Assembly: GCA_034718215.1 (NCBI GenBank)
Contig: JAYEMR010000067.1
Location: forward strand, 1-59,799
DNA from: Chloroflexota bacterium
Lineage (GTDB): Bacteria > Chloroflexota > Anaerolineae > JAYEMR01
DNA length: 59,799 bases
Direction of reading: 5' to 3'
Below, piece by piece: positions 6,952 to 16,356 of the stretch. A program made the translations under genes and the position numbers. Under the pieces are notes generated by a model. It was not told the origin of the DNA. It did not search any database and was given only the letters and a program-made list of their open reading frames with translations. Within the stretch, counting starts at the first letter, position 1. Every line of letters starts with the position of its first letter.

Positions 6952-9542
6952 TCCATTCGATTTCCCCCTCTCCTAAGGTTGGGAGAGGGGGGCAGGGGGG
7001 TGAGGGCTGCAGCCGCCAGTGTGTACAGCGCAGCAGCCAGGTAGAGGACGCGGGAGAAGCCGAAGCTCACGGCCAGCATGGTGGCCAGAATGGAGCTGAC
7101 CACCGAGGCGCAGCCGTTGACCGCCCAGGCCCAGGGGATGAGCCCCGGTGCGATGCGACTCAGGCGGCGGATGCCTGCCGGAAAGGGAAACCCCATCAGC
7201 ACCCCGATGGGGGCCAGCAGGGGGAAGGAGGCCGCCACCCGCCATCCCAGGGGCCAGCCCAGGAGCAGGGGCGGCAGTCGGCGGAGGAGGAGCGCGTAGA
7301 GCAGGACTGCCGGCCCCAGGGACCACACCGCGCCGGACCCTCTGATCCGCTCCCCCAGCAGGCTCCCCGCGCCCGAGGCGACCAGCAGCGCGCAGAACAC
7401 TAGGGCGAAGGCGTAGGTGGGCTGATCCAGCAGCAGGATGAAATATTGAAGTAATGGGATCTCCACAAATAGAAAGGCCAGCCCCAGGGCGGTGAAATAG
7501 ACCAGCGTCCGAGCCCACAGCCTCCTGCTGGCCCTGGGGGCAACACCCCCTGAGCGCAGGGCGAGGGGCAGCAGGATGAGCAGGGCCGAGGCGGCCAGCA
7601 CCAAGGCCAACAGCACCGCCAACACCAGGTACCCTCCGCCGCCAAAGGGCTGCCAGGTCTTGCCGAAGCTGCCCAGGATGGCCGGGACCTGGGCCAGCTT
7701 GAAGTAGTGGAAGAAGAAGGGGCGGTCGTCGGTCGTGGGCCGCACGTCGAAGAGGTGCCCCCGGTAGAAGCGCGCCCTCTCCTTCGGGGAGAGGATGGCT
7801 TGGAAGGCTCGGTAGTACTCCGGCTGGGGCAGCACGTTGTAGCGGTTCGCATCCTGGGGAGTGATCCCCGGCAGATACACCAGGTCGCAGGACATCTCCT
7901 GGGCGAAGCAGCGCACCGTCTCCACTTCTGCCTCTGTGAGTGGATTTCGCTTGGCCAGGATCAAGATGGTCTGGAAGGAGCGCAGCGCCAGCAGGCGGTC
8001 CTCGGGGTGGGACACTCCGGCCCGCTCCAGCGCGGCCACGGTCAGCGACCAGGCCCTCGTCTCCTCGCTGGGCGGGAGCTGCAGCCAGCGGGAGAGGAGC
8101 AGAAAGCCGTCGGGCGTCAGACGCGCGTAGGCGTCGGCCAGGGCCTCCACGGTGTACCGATAGTCCTCCGACAGGCTGTAGGCGCCCCAGGAGACGGCCC
8201 GATACCCCTCCGATAGGGAGAACTGGATGAGGTCGAACCGCCTGTGGCCGACAGGCCGCTCCGTCGTGGCCCGGAGGAAGCTCCGACCCTGCACGGCGTG
8301 CAGTTCCACTCGCTCATCGCGGTACAGCCCGGCCACGGCATCATCGTAGGGGCCGCGCAGGAGTCGCACGATCAGCGGGTTGGACTCCACGGCCACCACG
8401 CGCTCCGCGCCCTGGTGCAGCGCAGCCAGCACGTCCATCCCCCCGCCCGGCTCGATGATCAGCACACGGGGGCGGGGCACCAAACGGTAGGCCAGCGCCG
8501 TGGGCAGGTAGTCGGCGAACTCCGCTTTAGTGGGCGAGACTTGAGTCAGCGGCTGGAGGTTGTCCCCGTCCACTGTCAGCCCCTTCTGAGACGGAAGCGG
8601 CTGGGAGTAGTCCAGGTTCAGTCCCGGCGCGGAGCGGATGGTGGAACTGGCCACCACGTCCACCCGCGAGGATCCATTCCACCAGGTCCCCTCCAACTCC
8701 GCATCGGGCCGGCGCAGAATCTGGGGCAGGGGCTTGTAGGGGGACATGCGGATGCGCAGGGGGGGCCAGGGTCGGATCAGCCCCACCGCGCAGAGAAGCA
8801 GGGCCGCGATCAGCGCGGCCCGCCATCCTCGGGTCCGTCCTTCGGCGGCCTGCTCGAAGGCCAGCGCGGCGCCCAGGCCCAACAGCGCCGCGGCCACGAC
8901 GCTGCGCTCGCTGCTGAGAAGGGAGAGCGCGCCGATGGCCGCCAGCGCCCCCGCGCCGGAGCCGCTCAGGTTGGCGAAGTAGAGGCGGCCCGTCTGCTCC
9001 GGCGCTCGGGCCAGCAGGAGGGCGAAGGCCAGACCGGACCAGAGGAAGGGGAGGGTGAGGGCCAGGTAGTAGCCGGCCAGATAGAGGAGTTGGGCGCGCT
9101 CCCAGGCCAGCCGGAAGGAGTCGAAGGGCAGGAGGTTGCAGGCCATGTAACCGCCCAGGGCGGTGAGGCTGAAGAGCAGCGCGCAGAGGATCAGCACCCT
9201 ATCCGCGGGCGATTGTTTATCTCGCTGGAGGATCAATCTTTCCCGCAGCAGGATGAGGAAGGAGCCACTGGCGCCCGAGCCCAGCAGGGCCAGCCCCACA
9301 GCCATGAAGGCGAAGTGATACCACTGAGCGATGGAGAAGACGCGGGTGAGGGTGATCTCAAAGAGCAGCATCCCCGCGGCCAGCAGGAAGACGCCGGCGT
9401 ACAGGGCCATAATCGGGTGATCGTAATTGATGTGCACCGCCGTAAACAGGCGGTGCAGGGCTGATTTCCTGAAAAGATATCCAACCCCGCACCGGCTCTT
9501 CAGGCCGGTGCGGATGGCGGCTTGTGCTTTACCGACGCTCAT
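6942..9542 (-). CDS. polytopic membrane protein with central spermidine-synthase-like (PABS / class I methyltransferase fold) domain
   Basis: 866 aa with many hydrophobic segments at both ends. The central part reads VLIIEPGGGMDVLAALHQGAERVVAVESNPLIV. Confidence 0.65.
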   Translation of the reverse strand: MSVGKAQAAIRTGLKSRCGVGYLFRKSALHRLFTAVHINYDHPIMALYAGVFLLAAGMLLFEITLTRVFSIAQWYHFAFMAVGLALLGSGASGSFLILLRERLILQRDKQSPADRVLILCALLFSLTALGGYMACNLLPFDSFRLAWERAQLLYLAGYYLALTLPFLWSGLAFALLLARAPEQTGRLYFANLSGSGAGALAAIGALSLLSSERSVVAAALLGLGAALAFEQAAEGRTRGWRAALIAALLLCAVGLIRPWPPLRIRMSPYKPLPQILRRPDAELEGTWWNGSSRVDVVASSTIRSAPGLNLDYSQPLPSQKGLTVDGDNLQPLTQVSPTKAEFADYLPTALAYRLVPRPRVLIIEPGGGMDVLAALHQGAERVVAVESNPLIVRLLRGPYDDAVAGLYRDERVELHAVQGRSFLRATTERPVGHRRFDLIQFSLSEGYRAVSWGAYSLSEDYRYTVEALADAYARLTPDGFLLLSRWLQLPPSEETRAWSLTVAALERAGVSHPEDRLLALRSFQTILILAKRNPLTEAEVETVRCFAQEMSCDLVYLPGITPQDANRYNVLPQPEYYRAFQAILSPKERARFYRGHLFDVRPTTDDRPFFFHYFKLAQVPAILGSFGKTWQPFGGGGYLVLAVLLALVLAASALLILLPLALRSGGVAPRASRRLWARTLVYFTALGLAFLFVEIPLLQYFILLLDQPTYAFALVFCALLVASGAGSLLGERIRGSGAVWSLGPAVLLYALLLRRLPPLLLGWPLGWRVAASFPLLAPIGVLMGFPFPAGIRRLSRIAPGLIPWAWAVNGCASVVSSILATMLAVSFGFSRVLYLAAALYTLAAAALTPLPPSPNLRRGGNRMDNL

Positions 9543-9545
9543 CGC

Positions 9546-10724
9546 TCACTTCCCAGCTCCCGCCTCAGCCCTCACCGGAGCCCCACGCGGCATGAAGGCG
9601 AAGCTCAGGGCCACACCCATCATCCAAACCCCGTTGAGGCTCATCGCCAACCGAAGGCTCCTCCCTTGGGCCACGGCTCCCAGGAGCGGAGGGAAGATCA
9701 ATGATCCGCCCGCGGCACAGGCGGCCAGGAGCCCGCTGACCCGCCCCGTAAATTGAGGATAGCGAGAGTTGACGCTGGCCATGGTCAAGGGGTAGATCCC
9801 CGCGAAAAGCAAGCCGGCCAGGACGAGCCAGACGAAAGCCAGCAGGGGTTGTCCTGTGGTGAGCAGACCCCAGGAGCAGATGGCCCCTCCGAGGCCGCTG
9901 ACGACCACCAGGTCGTGCTCCGCGAAGTGCAGAGCCAGCCGGCTGTTGCCGTACCGACCGACCATCATGGCGACCCAGAAGGTCGAGAGCCCCGCGCTGG
10001 CCCATCCGATGGGCAGGTTCAGCTCCCGTTGGAGGTAGAGGACAATCCAGGAGGCGACTCCCATCTCCGCGCCCACGTAGAAGAGCAGCACCAGCGCACC
10101 GAGGATCACCGGCCGCTGACGCAGCAAGCTCCACGTTGAGACCTCCTGTTCCTGGCGCGGGGGCGTAGAGGGAAAGCGCACTATCAGCATCGTCAGGCCC
10201 AATCCCAGGGCGGGGACGATAGTGGCGCCGTAGATACTCCGCCAGGCCCAACCGCTCTGCAGCAGCGCGCCAATGGTCAGTGGTGCGGCGAAGGCCCCCA
10301 GGCTGAAGAAGAGGTGGATCAGGTTCATGAGAGAACCGGCCCGTTGGCTGGCCATCCTGGCCGGTAGGGTGTTGAGCGCAGTCTCAATGATACCCGCCGC
10401 GAAGCCGAGCAGCAAGCCGGCGGCCAAAGCTGCGGGGAAAGCAGGAGCCAGGGCGTACAGCCCCAGGGCCAGAGCCTCCACTCCCTGTCCAAGCAAGAGG
10501 GCGCGCTTGAGCCCCTCTCGATCAATCAAAAAGCCGCTCCCCAGCGTCCCGATCAGAAACCCGGCCGAGGTGCTGGCCAAAAGCAGCCCCGCTCGAGCCT
10601 CCTGTAAGGCGAAGGTCTCCATCAGAGAAGGGAGCGTAGGCCCACCGAGGCTGAGGACGACACCGTGCATGATCATCTCCACGGCGGCGATGAGGAGCAG
10701 GGTCCGACGGCTGGATGTGGGCAT
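9546..10724 (-). CDS. MFS transporter
   Basis: About 12 predicted TM segments and MFS-like loops. ATG at 10724; the ORF track begins one codon earlier at a TTG. Confidence 0.8.
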   Translation of the reverse strand: MPTSSRRTLLLIAAVEMIMHGVVLSLGGPTLPSLMETFALQEARAGLLLASTSAGFLIGTLGSGFLIDREGLKRALLLGQGVEALALGLYALAPAFPAALAAGLLLGFAAGIIETALNTLPARMASQRAGSLMNLIHLFFSLGAFAAPLTIGALLQSGWAWRSIYGATIVPALGLGLTMLIVRFPSTPPRQEQEVSTWSLLRQRPVILGALVLLFYVGAEMGVASWIVLYLQRELNLPIGWASAGLSTFWVAMMVGRYGNSRLALHFAEHDLVVVSGLGGAICSWGLLTTGQPLLAFVWLVLAGLLFAGIYPLTMASVNSRYPQFTGRVSGLLAACAAGGSLIFPPLLGAVAQGRSLRLAMSLNGVWMMGVALSFAFMPRGAPVRAEAGAGK

Positions 10725-10886
10725 CAAAGATTGTCCTTTCCGTTGCGAATACGTGGTTAACGATAGGGTAACATCTCACTCTATTCTTGGTGATTCCCTC
10801 AGGGCACAGGTGCCTTGAGCCCCAACCTGCTTAGAAGATCACTCCCAGGGCTTTTTCCCCGTCTGCCTCTCTCTCGAAAGGCAGGG

Positions 10887-11039
10887 TCATGGTACCCTCA
10901 AAAGCCCCATCAGCTTACCGATTGAGTAGTACTCTGCCTTGACTAGAGGCTTGAGCCACGGGGCTCTCCCTCGAGCCGCTACACAGATTGGGCAAATAGA
11001 ATCACAGAACTTGCCAATCCCTTTCACTTCGTCAGCCAT
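10887..11039 (-). CDS. hypothetical 50-aa Cys-rich protein (below the ORF-track size cutoff)
   Basis: AAGGAGG lies 7 nt before the ATG. The product is MADEVKGIGKFCDSICPICVAARGRAPWLKPLVKAEYYSIGKLMGLLRVP. A CTGCCT/AGGCAG hairpin follows at about 10863-10884. Confidence 0.3.
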   Translation of the reverse strand: MADEVKGIGKFCDSICPICVAARGRAPWLKPLVKAEYYSIGKLMGLLRVP

Positions 11040-11167
11040 TGTTCATCCTCCTTTGTAGGCTTGCGTTATACGATTTTGACGAGGCCCTTCGATTGGGGCG
11101 GCGACCAGCTTTGATCTACCTCCTAGTCTACCTCTTGGGTGGATGGGCTATACGAGCTATCCCCGGC

Positions 11168-11415
11168 TTACTCCTCCGATGCAAACGCGCCAAGCTGCTC
11201 CATCCACTCCCATGAGTTGTCGTAGCCCCATTCTTCCACAATCTTGCCGCCTTCGATGCGGATAATGCTGATCCCCCGAAACGTCACCTGCTTACCGGTC
11301 CCCAGTACTCGCCTTTGTGTGTGCCACGACCTGACCAGTGGAGCGCGACCTTGTCCTCTTCAGCAACGATGTCCTCCCAATGGCGGGCGATGGCCTTGTT
11401 CTCCTCTACCGTCAT
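11168..11415 (-). pseudogene. SnoaL-like / ester-cyclase-family remnant with internal deletion and frameshift
   Basis: MTVEENKAIARHWEDI is joined directly to IVAEEDKVALHWSGRGTHKGEYWG. The frame then breaks before GKQVTFRGISIIRIEGGKIVEEWGYD...QLG. Confidence 0.5.
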
Positions 11416-11985
11416 CGCAAATCTCCCTTCGATCTAAATTTGTGGAAACGATACGCGTAGTTTCATCAGAACCAGTTACTTCGTCGTTCATCACCTCCTT
11501 TCCCATCGCTGGTTGCCGCCGTTTCGCCTCTCCCACGATTTAAGATGATTTAGCATTCAGAAACAAACATGCCGACCGTCTCCCTGGCCCTATCCGGGAA
11601 AGGTCGGCACGTAATGAATCATTACGGTGATCCTCCGCTTAGGTATATTTCGTTCTGAGGATATCCCACCGCTTACCGCACGTTTATTATAACCCTTCTT
11701 CTGCTCCCCGTCAAGTTTCATGCCTCCAGCCCAATCCTTCTGAAAACCGTCGCTGATGGACTCGGTGCGTGCGATGTGTCGCTGCGCCCCAGGAGATGAA
11801 GTCGCCAGGCTCAGCTTCCTCTTTTGCTACCTGCAGCAACTTTGCTGAAGATCGTACAATTTGGTGATGGCCTCCAAAGCTCCTCCAGTGTCTCCTCTGC
11901 CGTATCTAGCCGCACCAGCCCCCGATGTTTGACCAGCGAGCGAGCAGATGGTAGAATATTCAGATGCTAGGGATGGCAGTGGTTT

Positions 11986-12033
11986 CCTGTCCGTCGTCTG
12001 TGCCTGCGCCACAGGCGACGGCGGACAGACGGG
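11986..12033. repeat. 48-nt palindromic repeat, family 2, copy 2 (inverted relative to 6876-6923)
   Basis: cctgtccgtcgtctgtgcctgcgccacaggcgacggcggacagacggg. Confidence 0.8.
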
Positions 12034-12054
12034 GATGAAGAGCACCGGGATCAA

Positions 12055-12261
12055 TTGGAGAAGTGTGGTATTCCGGATGACACGTCCTTCCCCGTGGCCG
12101 GGACCGATAAGAAGAAACTGCAATGGGAGTGGAAGCGCTACCGCATCAAGGGTCCGATAGTGGCTGAGTTTGCCTTCCGCCGTGTGGTAGCAGTGCGTGA
12201 TGGTCTGCCAGATCACGAGGTCTGGCTGATTTGGATAGATTCTGAAAACCTGATATTGTAG
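12055..12261 (+). mobile_element. possible IS701-like DDE transposase fragment
   Basis: KGPIVAEFAFRRVVAVRDGLPDHEVWLIWI resembles an internal segment of IS701-family transposases. No full-length ORF or terminal repeats are seen. Confidence 0.35.
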
Positions 12262-12282
12262 CACTAGAAAGGAACAAGCACA

Positions 12283-13323
12283 ATGGCAAAGATCGGCGTG
12301 GGGTTCGCGGCCATAGATCACTGGTACTCGGCCTTCCCCGCAATGCAGAACGCACTGGACAACGAGCGAACTCAAGTTGTGGCCATCGCCCACCCCGACG
12401 AGGGGAGGCTGGCCGACGCGGCCAGCGCGGCCGGCGATGTGACGGCGACTCAGGACTGGCGCGAAGTGGTGGAGCGCGACGACGTGCAAATCGTGGTCAA
12501 CCTGGCCAGCAGCGAGAAGATCGCCGAGATCTCTATCGCCGCCGCGGAGGCGGGCAAGCACATCCTCAGCGGCAAGCCCCTGGCCATGACCCTGGACCAG
12601 GCCGATGGCATCGTAGAGGCTGTGCGCGCTAATGACGTGCTCTTCATGGCCTTCGACGGCTACGGCCGGCTGGGCGAACCCAATCGCTCCTTCAAGCAGT
12701 GGATGGACGAGGGAGCCATCGGCTCACCGCTCGCGGCCACTATGTCCCTGCTGGGCAGACTGCCCATGCCCTGGCGAAACCAGGAGGAGGGCTACTCCTG
12801 GTGGATTGATCCTCAGCGAGCGCCTGGGGGAGCCTGGATTGACCACGCTATCTATCAGGTGGACACGCTGCGCTACCTCTTCGGCAGTGAGGTGGTGCGC
12901 ATCTCTGGGGAAATAGGGAATTTGGTGCACAAGAACTTGGGGCTGGAGGACTGGGGCCGGGCGCTTCTGCGCTTCGAGGGCGGACAGATCGCCACAGTGG
13001 AGGATACCTGGGGCTCGCCGCCGGGTGGCGGTGGCGCGCTGACCGAGATCGTGGGCACCAAGGGGATGATCCGCACGCACACCCGCACTGGCAAGCTGGA
13101 GCTTTTAGGTAGCTTTGGAGCTGAGGGCTGGATCGAGCGTGAACTACCCTCGCGCGGCCCCTTCACCGTCATTGATCACCTCCTGGAATGCATGGACGAG
13201 GGCAAGGACCCCGTCTCCCCCGTGGAGAACAACCGCGCAAACCTAGCTGTCTGCCTGGCTTTCTACGAGGCGGCCAAGGAGCACAAAGTTGTGAATTTGG
13301 GGAGGCAATGGATCAGCAATTGA
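12283..13323 (+). CDS. Gfo/Idh/MocA family oxidoreductase
   Basis: 346 aa with an N-terminal Rossmann-like part and a C-terminal alpha/beta domain typical of the family. Confidence 0.85.
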   Translation: MAKIGVGFAAIDHWYSAFPAMQNALDNERTQVVAIAHPDEGRLADAASAAGDVTATQDWREVVERDDVQIVVNLASSEKIAEISIAAAEAGKHILSGKPLAMTLDQADGIVEAVRANDVLFMAFDGYGRLGEPNRSFKQWMDEGAIGSPLAATMSLLGRLPMPWRNQEEGYSWWIDPQRAPGGAWIDHAIYQVDTLRYLFGSEVVRISGEIGNLVHKNLGLEDWGRALLRFEGGQIATVEDTWGSPPGGGGALTEIVGTKGMIRTHTRTGKLELLGSFGAEGWIERELPSRGPFTVIDHLLECMDEGKDPVSPVENNRANLAVCLAFYEAAKEHKVVNLGRQWISN

Positions 13324-13378
13324 GCACTGACTACGCGGAACTTACCCTTCGCACGGCATCACCGGCACGGCGGAGCTG

Positions 13379-14428
13379 GTGGTGCGAGCTGAGGAGGCCG
13401 GCGCCGGGGCGGTGGTGATGAAATCGCTCTTCGAGAATCCCATACCCCGCCGAGGCGATCCTAGCCCCCACATGCGGCTTATCCAGCGGCGCATCGGCCG
13501 CGTGCGGGCTACCACCTTCTACTCCTATGAGCAGTGCTCCCCTTTCGACGAGGAGCGATATGCCGAGGAGGTACGACGGGCCAAGAAGCGGGTGGATATC
13601 CCAGTGATCGCCTCCCTCGACTGTGTCACCGAGGAGGGGTGGGTACGCTACTCCCGGCTGATGGAGGAGGCCGGGGCCGATGCGATAGAGATCAAGTCCT
13701 GCCCCCACGGGCCGCGACAGATGGGGGGAGAGGAGCTGACCAAGGCCACACAGATCGTGCGGGAAGCGACGGAACTGCCGGTCATCTCCAAGCTCCTGCC
13801 CCAGGACACCAACCCCCTGCGCACTGCGCTCGACCTGGAGCGGACGGGGGCCAGCGCGGTGGTGATGTTCAACCGCTTCTCCGGGCTGGACATTGATCTT
13901 GACGACGAGCAGCCCATCATGCACGGCGGCTACGCTGGCCACGGCGGTCCCTGGTCCATCTACTACTCCCTGCGCTGGATCGCAGAGGCCTATCCCCATC
14001 TATCCATTCCCATCTCCGGATCCGGCGGAGTATGGAGGGGGAACGACCTGGCGAAGTACATCCTGGCCGGAGCGACCACGGTCCAGGTTTGCTCCGCCGT
14101 GGTGTTGCAGGGATATGAGATCGTGCCCCGATTGCTAGGCGGGCTCAGAGAGTGGATGGAGGGGAAGGGATACAGCACGCCAGATGAGTTCCGGGGCCGG
14201 GCCGCGGAGCGGGTGCTGGGCCTCGAGGAAGTTGACCGGCGACGGCTCCTGCGGGCGGAGATTGATGCCGGGACGTGCACCGATTGTGACCTCTGCCGCC
14301 GGCTGTGCACTTACTCCGCCATCGAGTCCGAGCCGGAGTATCACGTGACCGAGGAGAAATGCGTAGGCTGCGGGCTGTGCGGGGAGATATGCCCGGTGGG
14401 AGCGGTCGAGATGGTGAAGCGCGATTGA
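13379..14428 (+). CDS. dihydroorotate/dihydropyrimidine dehydrogenase-like (PreA-like) flavoenzyme with C-terminal 2x[4Fe-4S] ferredoxin domain; N-terminus in another frame
   Basis: AGAGAVVMKSLFE...IPVIASL...GADAIEI, plus CTDCDLCRRLC and CVGCGLCGEICP. The expected N-terminus MDQQLSTDYAELTLR starts at ATG 13308 (RBS GGGGAGG) in a different frame. Confidence 0.7.
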   Translation: MVRAEEAGAGAVVMKSLFENPIPRRGDPSPHMRLIQRRIGRVRATTFYSYEQCSPFDEERYAEEVRRAKKRVDIPVIASLDCVTEEGWVRYSRLMEEAGADAIEIKSCPHGPRQMGGEELTKATQIVREATELPVISKLLPQDTNPLRTALDLERTGASAVVMFNRFSGLDIDLDDEQPIMHGGYAGHGGPWSIYYSLRWIAEAYPHLSIPISGSGGVWRGNDLAKYILAGATTVQVCSAVVLQGYEIVPRLLGGLREWMEGKGYSTPDEFRGRAAERVLGLEEVDRRRLLRAEIDAGTCTDCDLCRRLCTYSAIESEPEYHVTEEKCVGCGLCGEICPVGAVEMVKRD

Positions 14429-14442
14429 GAGGTTGATCGTTC

Positions 14443-14604
14443 GCCCGCATCTGCGCGTATCCTGTCTGCCTGTACCTGATCACCTGTGCCTGCCCGCACC
14501 TGCGCGGGTCCTGCCTGCGCAGACAGGACAGGTGATCAGGTGCAGGCAGGTGCGGGTAGGCATGGGTGCGCAGGCACCTGTCCGCACAAGCGGGAGACAG
14601 GTGG
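14443..14604. repeat. large composite cluster of palindromic repeat units
   Basis: Contains cctgtacctgatcacctg / caggtgatcaggtgcagg, tgcctgcccgcacctg / caggtgcgggtaggca and the central CCTGCCTGCGCAGACAGG (14510-14527). The arms are interleaved rather than simply nested. Confidence 0.8.
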
Positions 14605-14613
14605 AGGGGACAA

Positions 14614-15027
14614 ATGGCTGAGCGACGAAGGCTGATCTGCACCATCTGCCCCATGGGTTGTCAGTTGGATGTGCTTTTCGACCCGGAGACGGAGCAGGTG
14701 CTGGAGATTGAGGGGAACGGGTGAAGGCGGGCTTGGGCCTACGCGGAGAAAGAGCTGACCAATCCCACCCGCATGGTGACCACCACGGTGCGGGTGCGAG
14801 GTGGCGTGTGGCCCCTGGTACCGGTGCACACCGCCGAGCCGATCCCTAAATCGGGGATCTTCCCCCTGCTGGAGGAGCTTCACCGGGTGGAAGTGCAGGC
14901 TCCCGTGCGCTGCGGTCAGGTGATCCTGGCCGATGGGGCCAACACGGGGGTGGATGTGCTGGCCAGCCGGGACCTGCCCTCCTCCCACCTGTGCCTGATC
15001 AGGTGCAGGCAATCGCCTCGGACTTAG
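14614..15027 (+). pseudogene. DUF1667-family protein with in-frame TGA at a conserved Cys and a repeat-derived C-terminus
   Basis: MAERRRLICTICPMGCQLDV...EIEGNG[TGA 14722-14724]RRAWAYAEKELTNPTRMVTTTVRV...APVRCGQVILA...VLASRDL. The last ~12 codons (SHLCLIRCRQSPRT) come from repeat 14986-15010. Confidence 0.65.
14986..15010. repeat. palindromic repeat unit (CACCTGTGCCTGATCAGGTGCAGGC)
   Basis: Near-perfect palindrome centred on TGATCA. It forms the 3' end of the DUF1667 ORF, at the convergent junction with the PRTase gene. Confidence 0.8.
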
Positions 15028-15653
15028 CCCTGCAAGAGCTGGATGACCTCCGCATCGGTGGTCTGCCTGAAGTCCACGTAGAAGGCACCCACGGCCCAGA
15101 ATAGGCTGGGGGTGTGGAGGCAGACCATCCGATCCACCATATTGGCCAGCTTCTGAATGATATCGGGAGGGCCTACGGGTAGGGCGACGATCAACTCCCT
15201 CAGCTCCGTGGCCTCTAGGGCCTGGATGGCGGCTCGCATCGTGGCTCCCGTAGCTACTCCGTCGTCGGTCAAGATGATCGTCTTGTCCTTGAGATCGAGG
15301 GCGGGACGGCCTCCCCGATAGGCCTTCATCCGCCGCTGAATCTCTGCCCGCTGTCGCTCGGTCTCTGCCTCCAGATAGGACTGGGGCACGCCCAGATCCT
15401 CGATGAGGCGCTCATCGAGGACCACCTCACCGGAGCTGGCCACTGCACCCACCGCTAGCTCGGGGTTGTGAGGCGCTCTCAGCTTGCGGGCGATGAATAC
15501 ATCCAGTGGCGCATCCAGTGCCCGCGCTACCTCATCGGCCACTACTACCCCTCCGCGGGGGATGCCCAACACCAGTAGCTCCTCGCGCTCTTCCAGAAAT
15601 TCCAATCGCTCGGCCAACAACCTCCCCGCCTCGCGGCGGTCTTGAAAGCGCAT
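15024..15653 (-). CDS. phosphoribosyltransferase family protein
   Basis: 209 aa with a PRPP-binding loop (IILTDDGVATGATM) and N-terminal FxDRxEAG. Confidence 0.85.
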   Translation of the reverse strand: MRFQDRREAGRLLAERLEFLEEREELLVLGIPRGGVVVADEVARALDAPLDVFIARKLRAPHNPELAVGAVASSGEVVLDERLIEDLGVPQSYLEAETERQRAEIQRRMKAYRGGRPALDLKDKTIILTDDGVATGATMRAAIQALEATELRELIVALPVGPPDIIQKLANMVDRMVCLHTPSLFWAVGAFYVDFRQTTDAEVIQLLQG

Positions 15654-15678
15654 TCTCAGTCTCCAGGCCTATGATTCT

Positions 15679-15758
15679 CACCTGTGCCCGATCAGGTGCG
15701 GGCAGGCTGGCAAGCCGTTTAATGCCTCGGATCGCCTGTGCCTGATCAGGTGCAGGCG
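15679..15758. repeat. two palindromic repeat units separated by ~26 nt
   Basis: cacctgtgcccgatcaggtgcgggcagg (15679-15706) and cgcctgtgcctgatcaggtgcaggcg (15733-15758). Confidence 0.8.
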
Positions 15759-16356
15759 AAAGTTGTAGTAGGTGAAATCTGAGCTGCTCAGCATGATACC
15801 CCTCCCTCATTCGACAACTCACGTCATAGTGATTCTAGGATCCGCTCCAGAAAGCGCTTTCCCCTCTTGATATCCTCAACCTGCTGTGGGCCTGCGATCT
15901 CCCGCTCGATGGTCAGAGCTCCATCAAAGCCCAGTGATGTCAGCTTGGGGACAAGCAACGGATAATTGACCCGCCCTTCGCCCAGCGGTTTCTCCACTCC
16001 CAACTCGCGGCCGTTGGTAGGGTATTCTCCGTCTTTGGCATGGACGCCGCGCACATAGGTTCCTATTATATCCAGCGCATCCACTGGGTTCGCCTTGCCA
16101 TACATCAGCAGGTTCGCGGGATCTAGATTGATGCCCAGGTTATCCCTCCCCACATCCTCTATCGCTCTCAGCAGAGTGACCGGTGTCTCCTGGCCGGTCT
16201 CAAACCAGAAGCTCTGGCCCTTCTCTCCGCAGTAGTCGGCGATCTCCTTGAGAGCCTCCACCACACCAATGTAGCGGTGATCCGCCGGGTTCTCGGGGAT
16301 GAAACCCACGTGAGTAGTGATGCTGGATACACCAACGCGTCGGGCGAAATCAGAGC

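Noticed and set aside
8244-9464. Long antisense ORFs, for example 8244..9464, 4555..5352, 26752..28008, 38515..39231, 44886..45662 and 51705..52844.
   Set aside because: They are shadow ORFs typical of GC-rich DNA. They lie opposite genes with clear family signatures, have Arg/Gly/Pro-rich low-complexity translations, and have no recognisable domains or ribosome-binding sites.
14443-14604. Possible CRISPR array, suggested by densely repeated short motifs here and at 3408-3497 and 15679-15758.
   Set aside because: The units are palindromic, overlapping and irregularly spaced, with no unique spacers of constant length. Copies are dispersed singly, including inside genes, and no cas genes are in the window.
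14722-14790. Selenocysteine insertion at the TGA in DUF1667.
   Set aside because: Only a weak hairpin (GAAGGC-GGGCUUGG-GCCUAC, with a mismatch) follows the TGA. No Sec machinery is visible in the window, and the gene has other signs of decay. It is kept only as a low-probability alternative in the findings.
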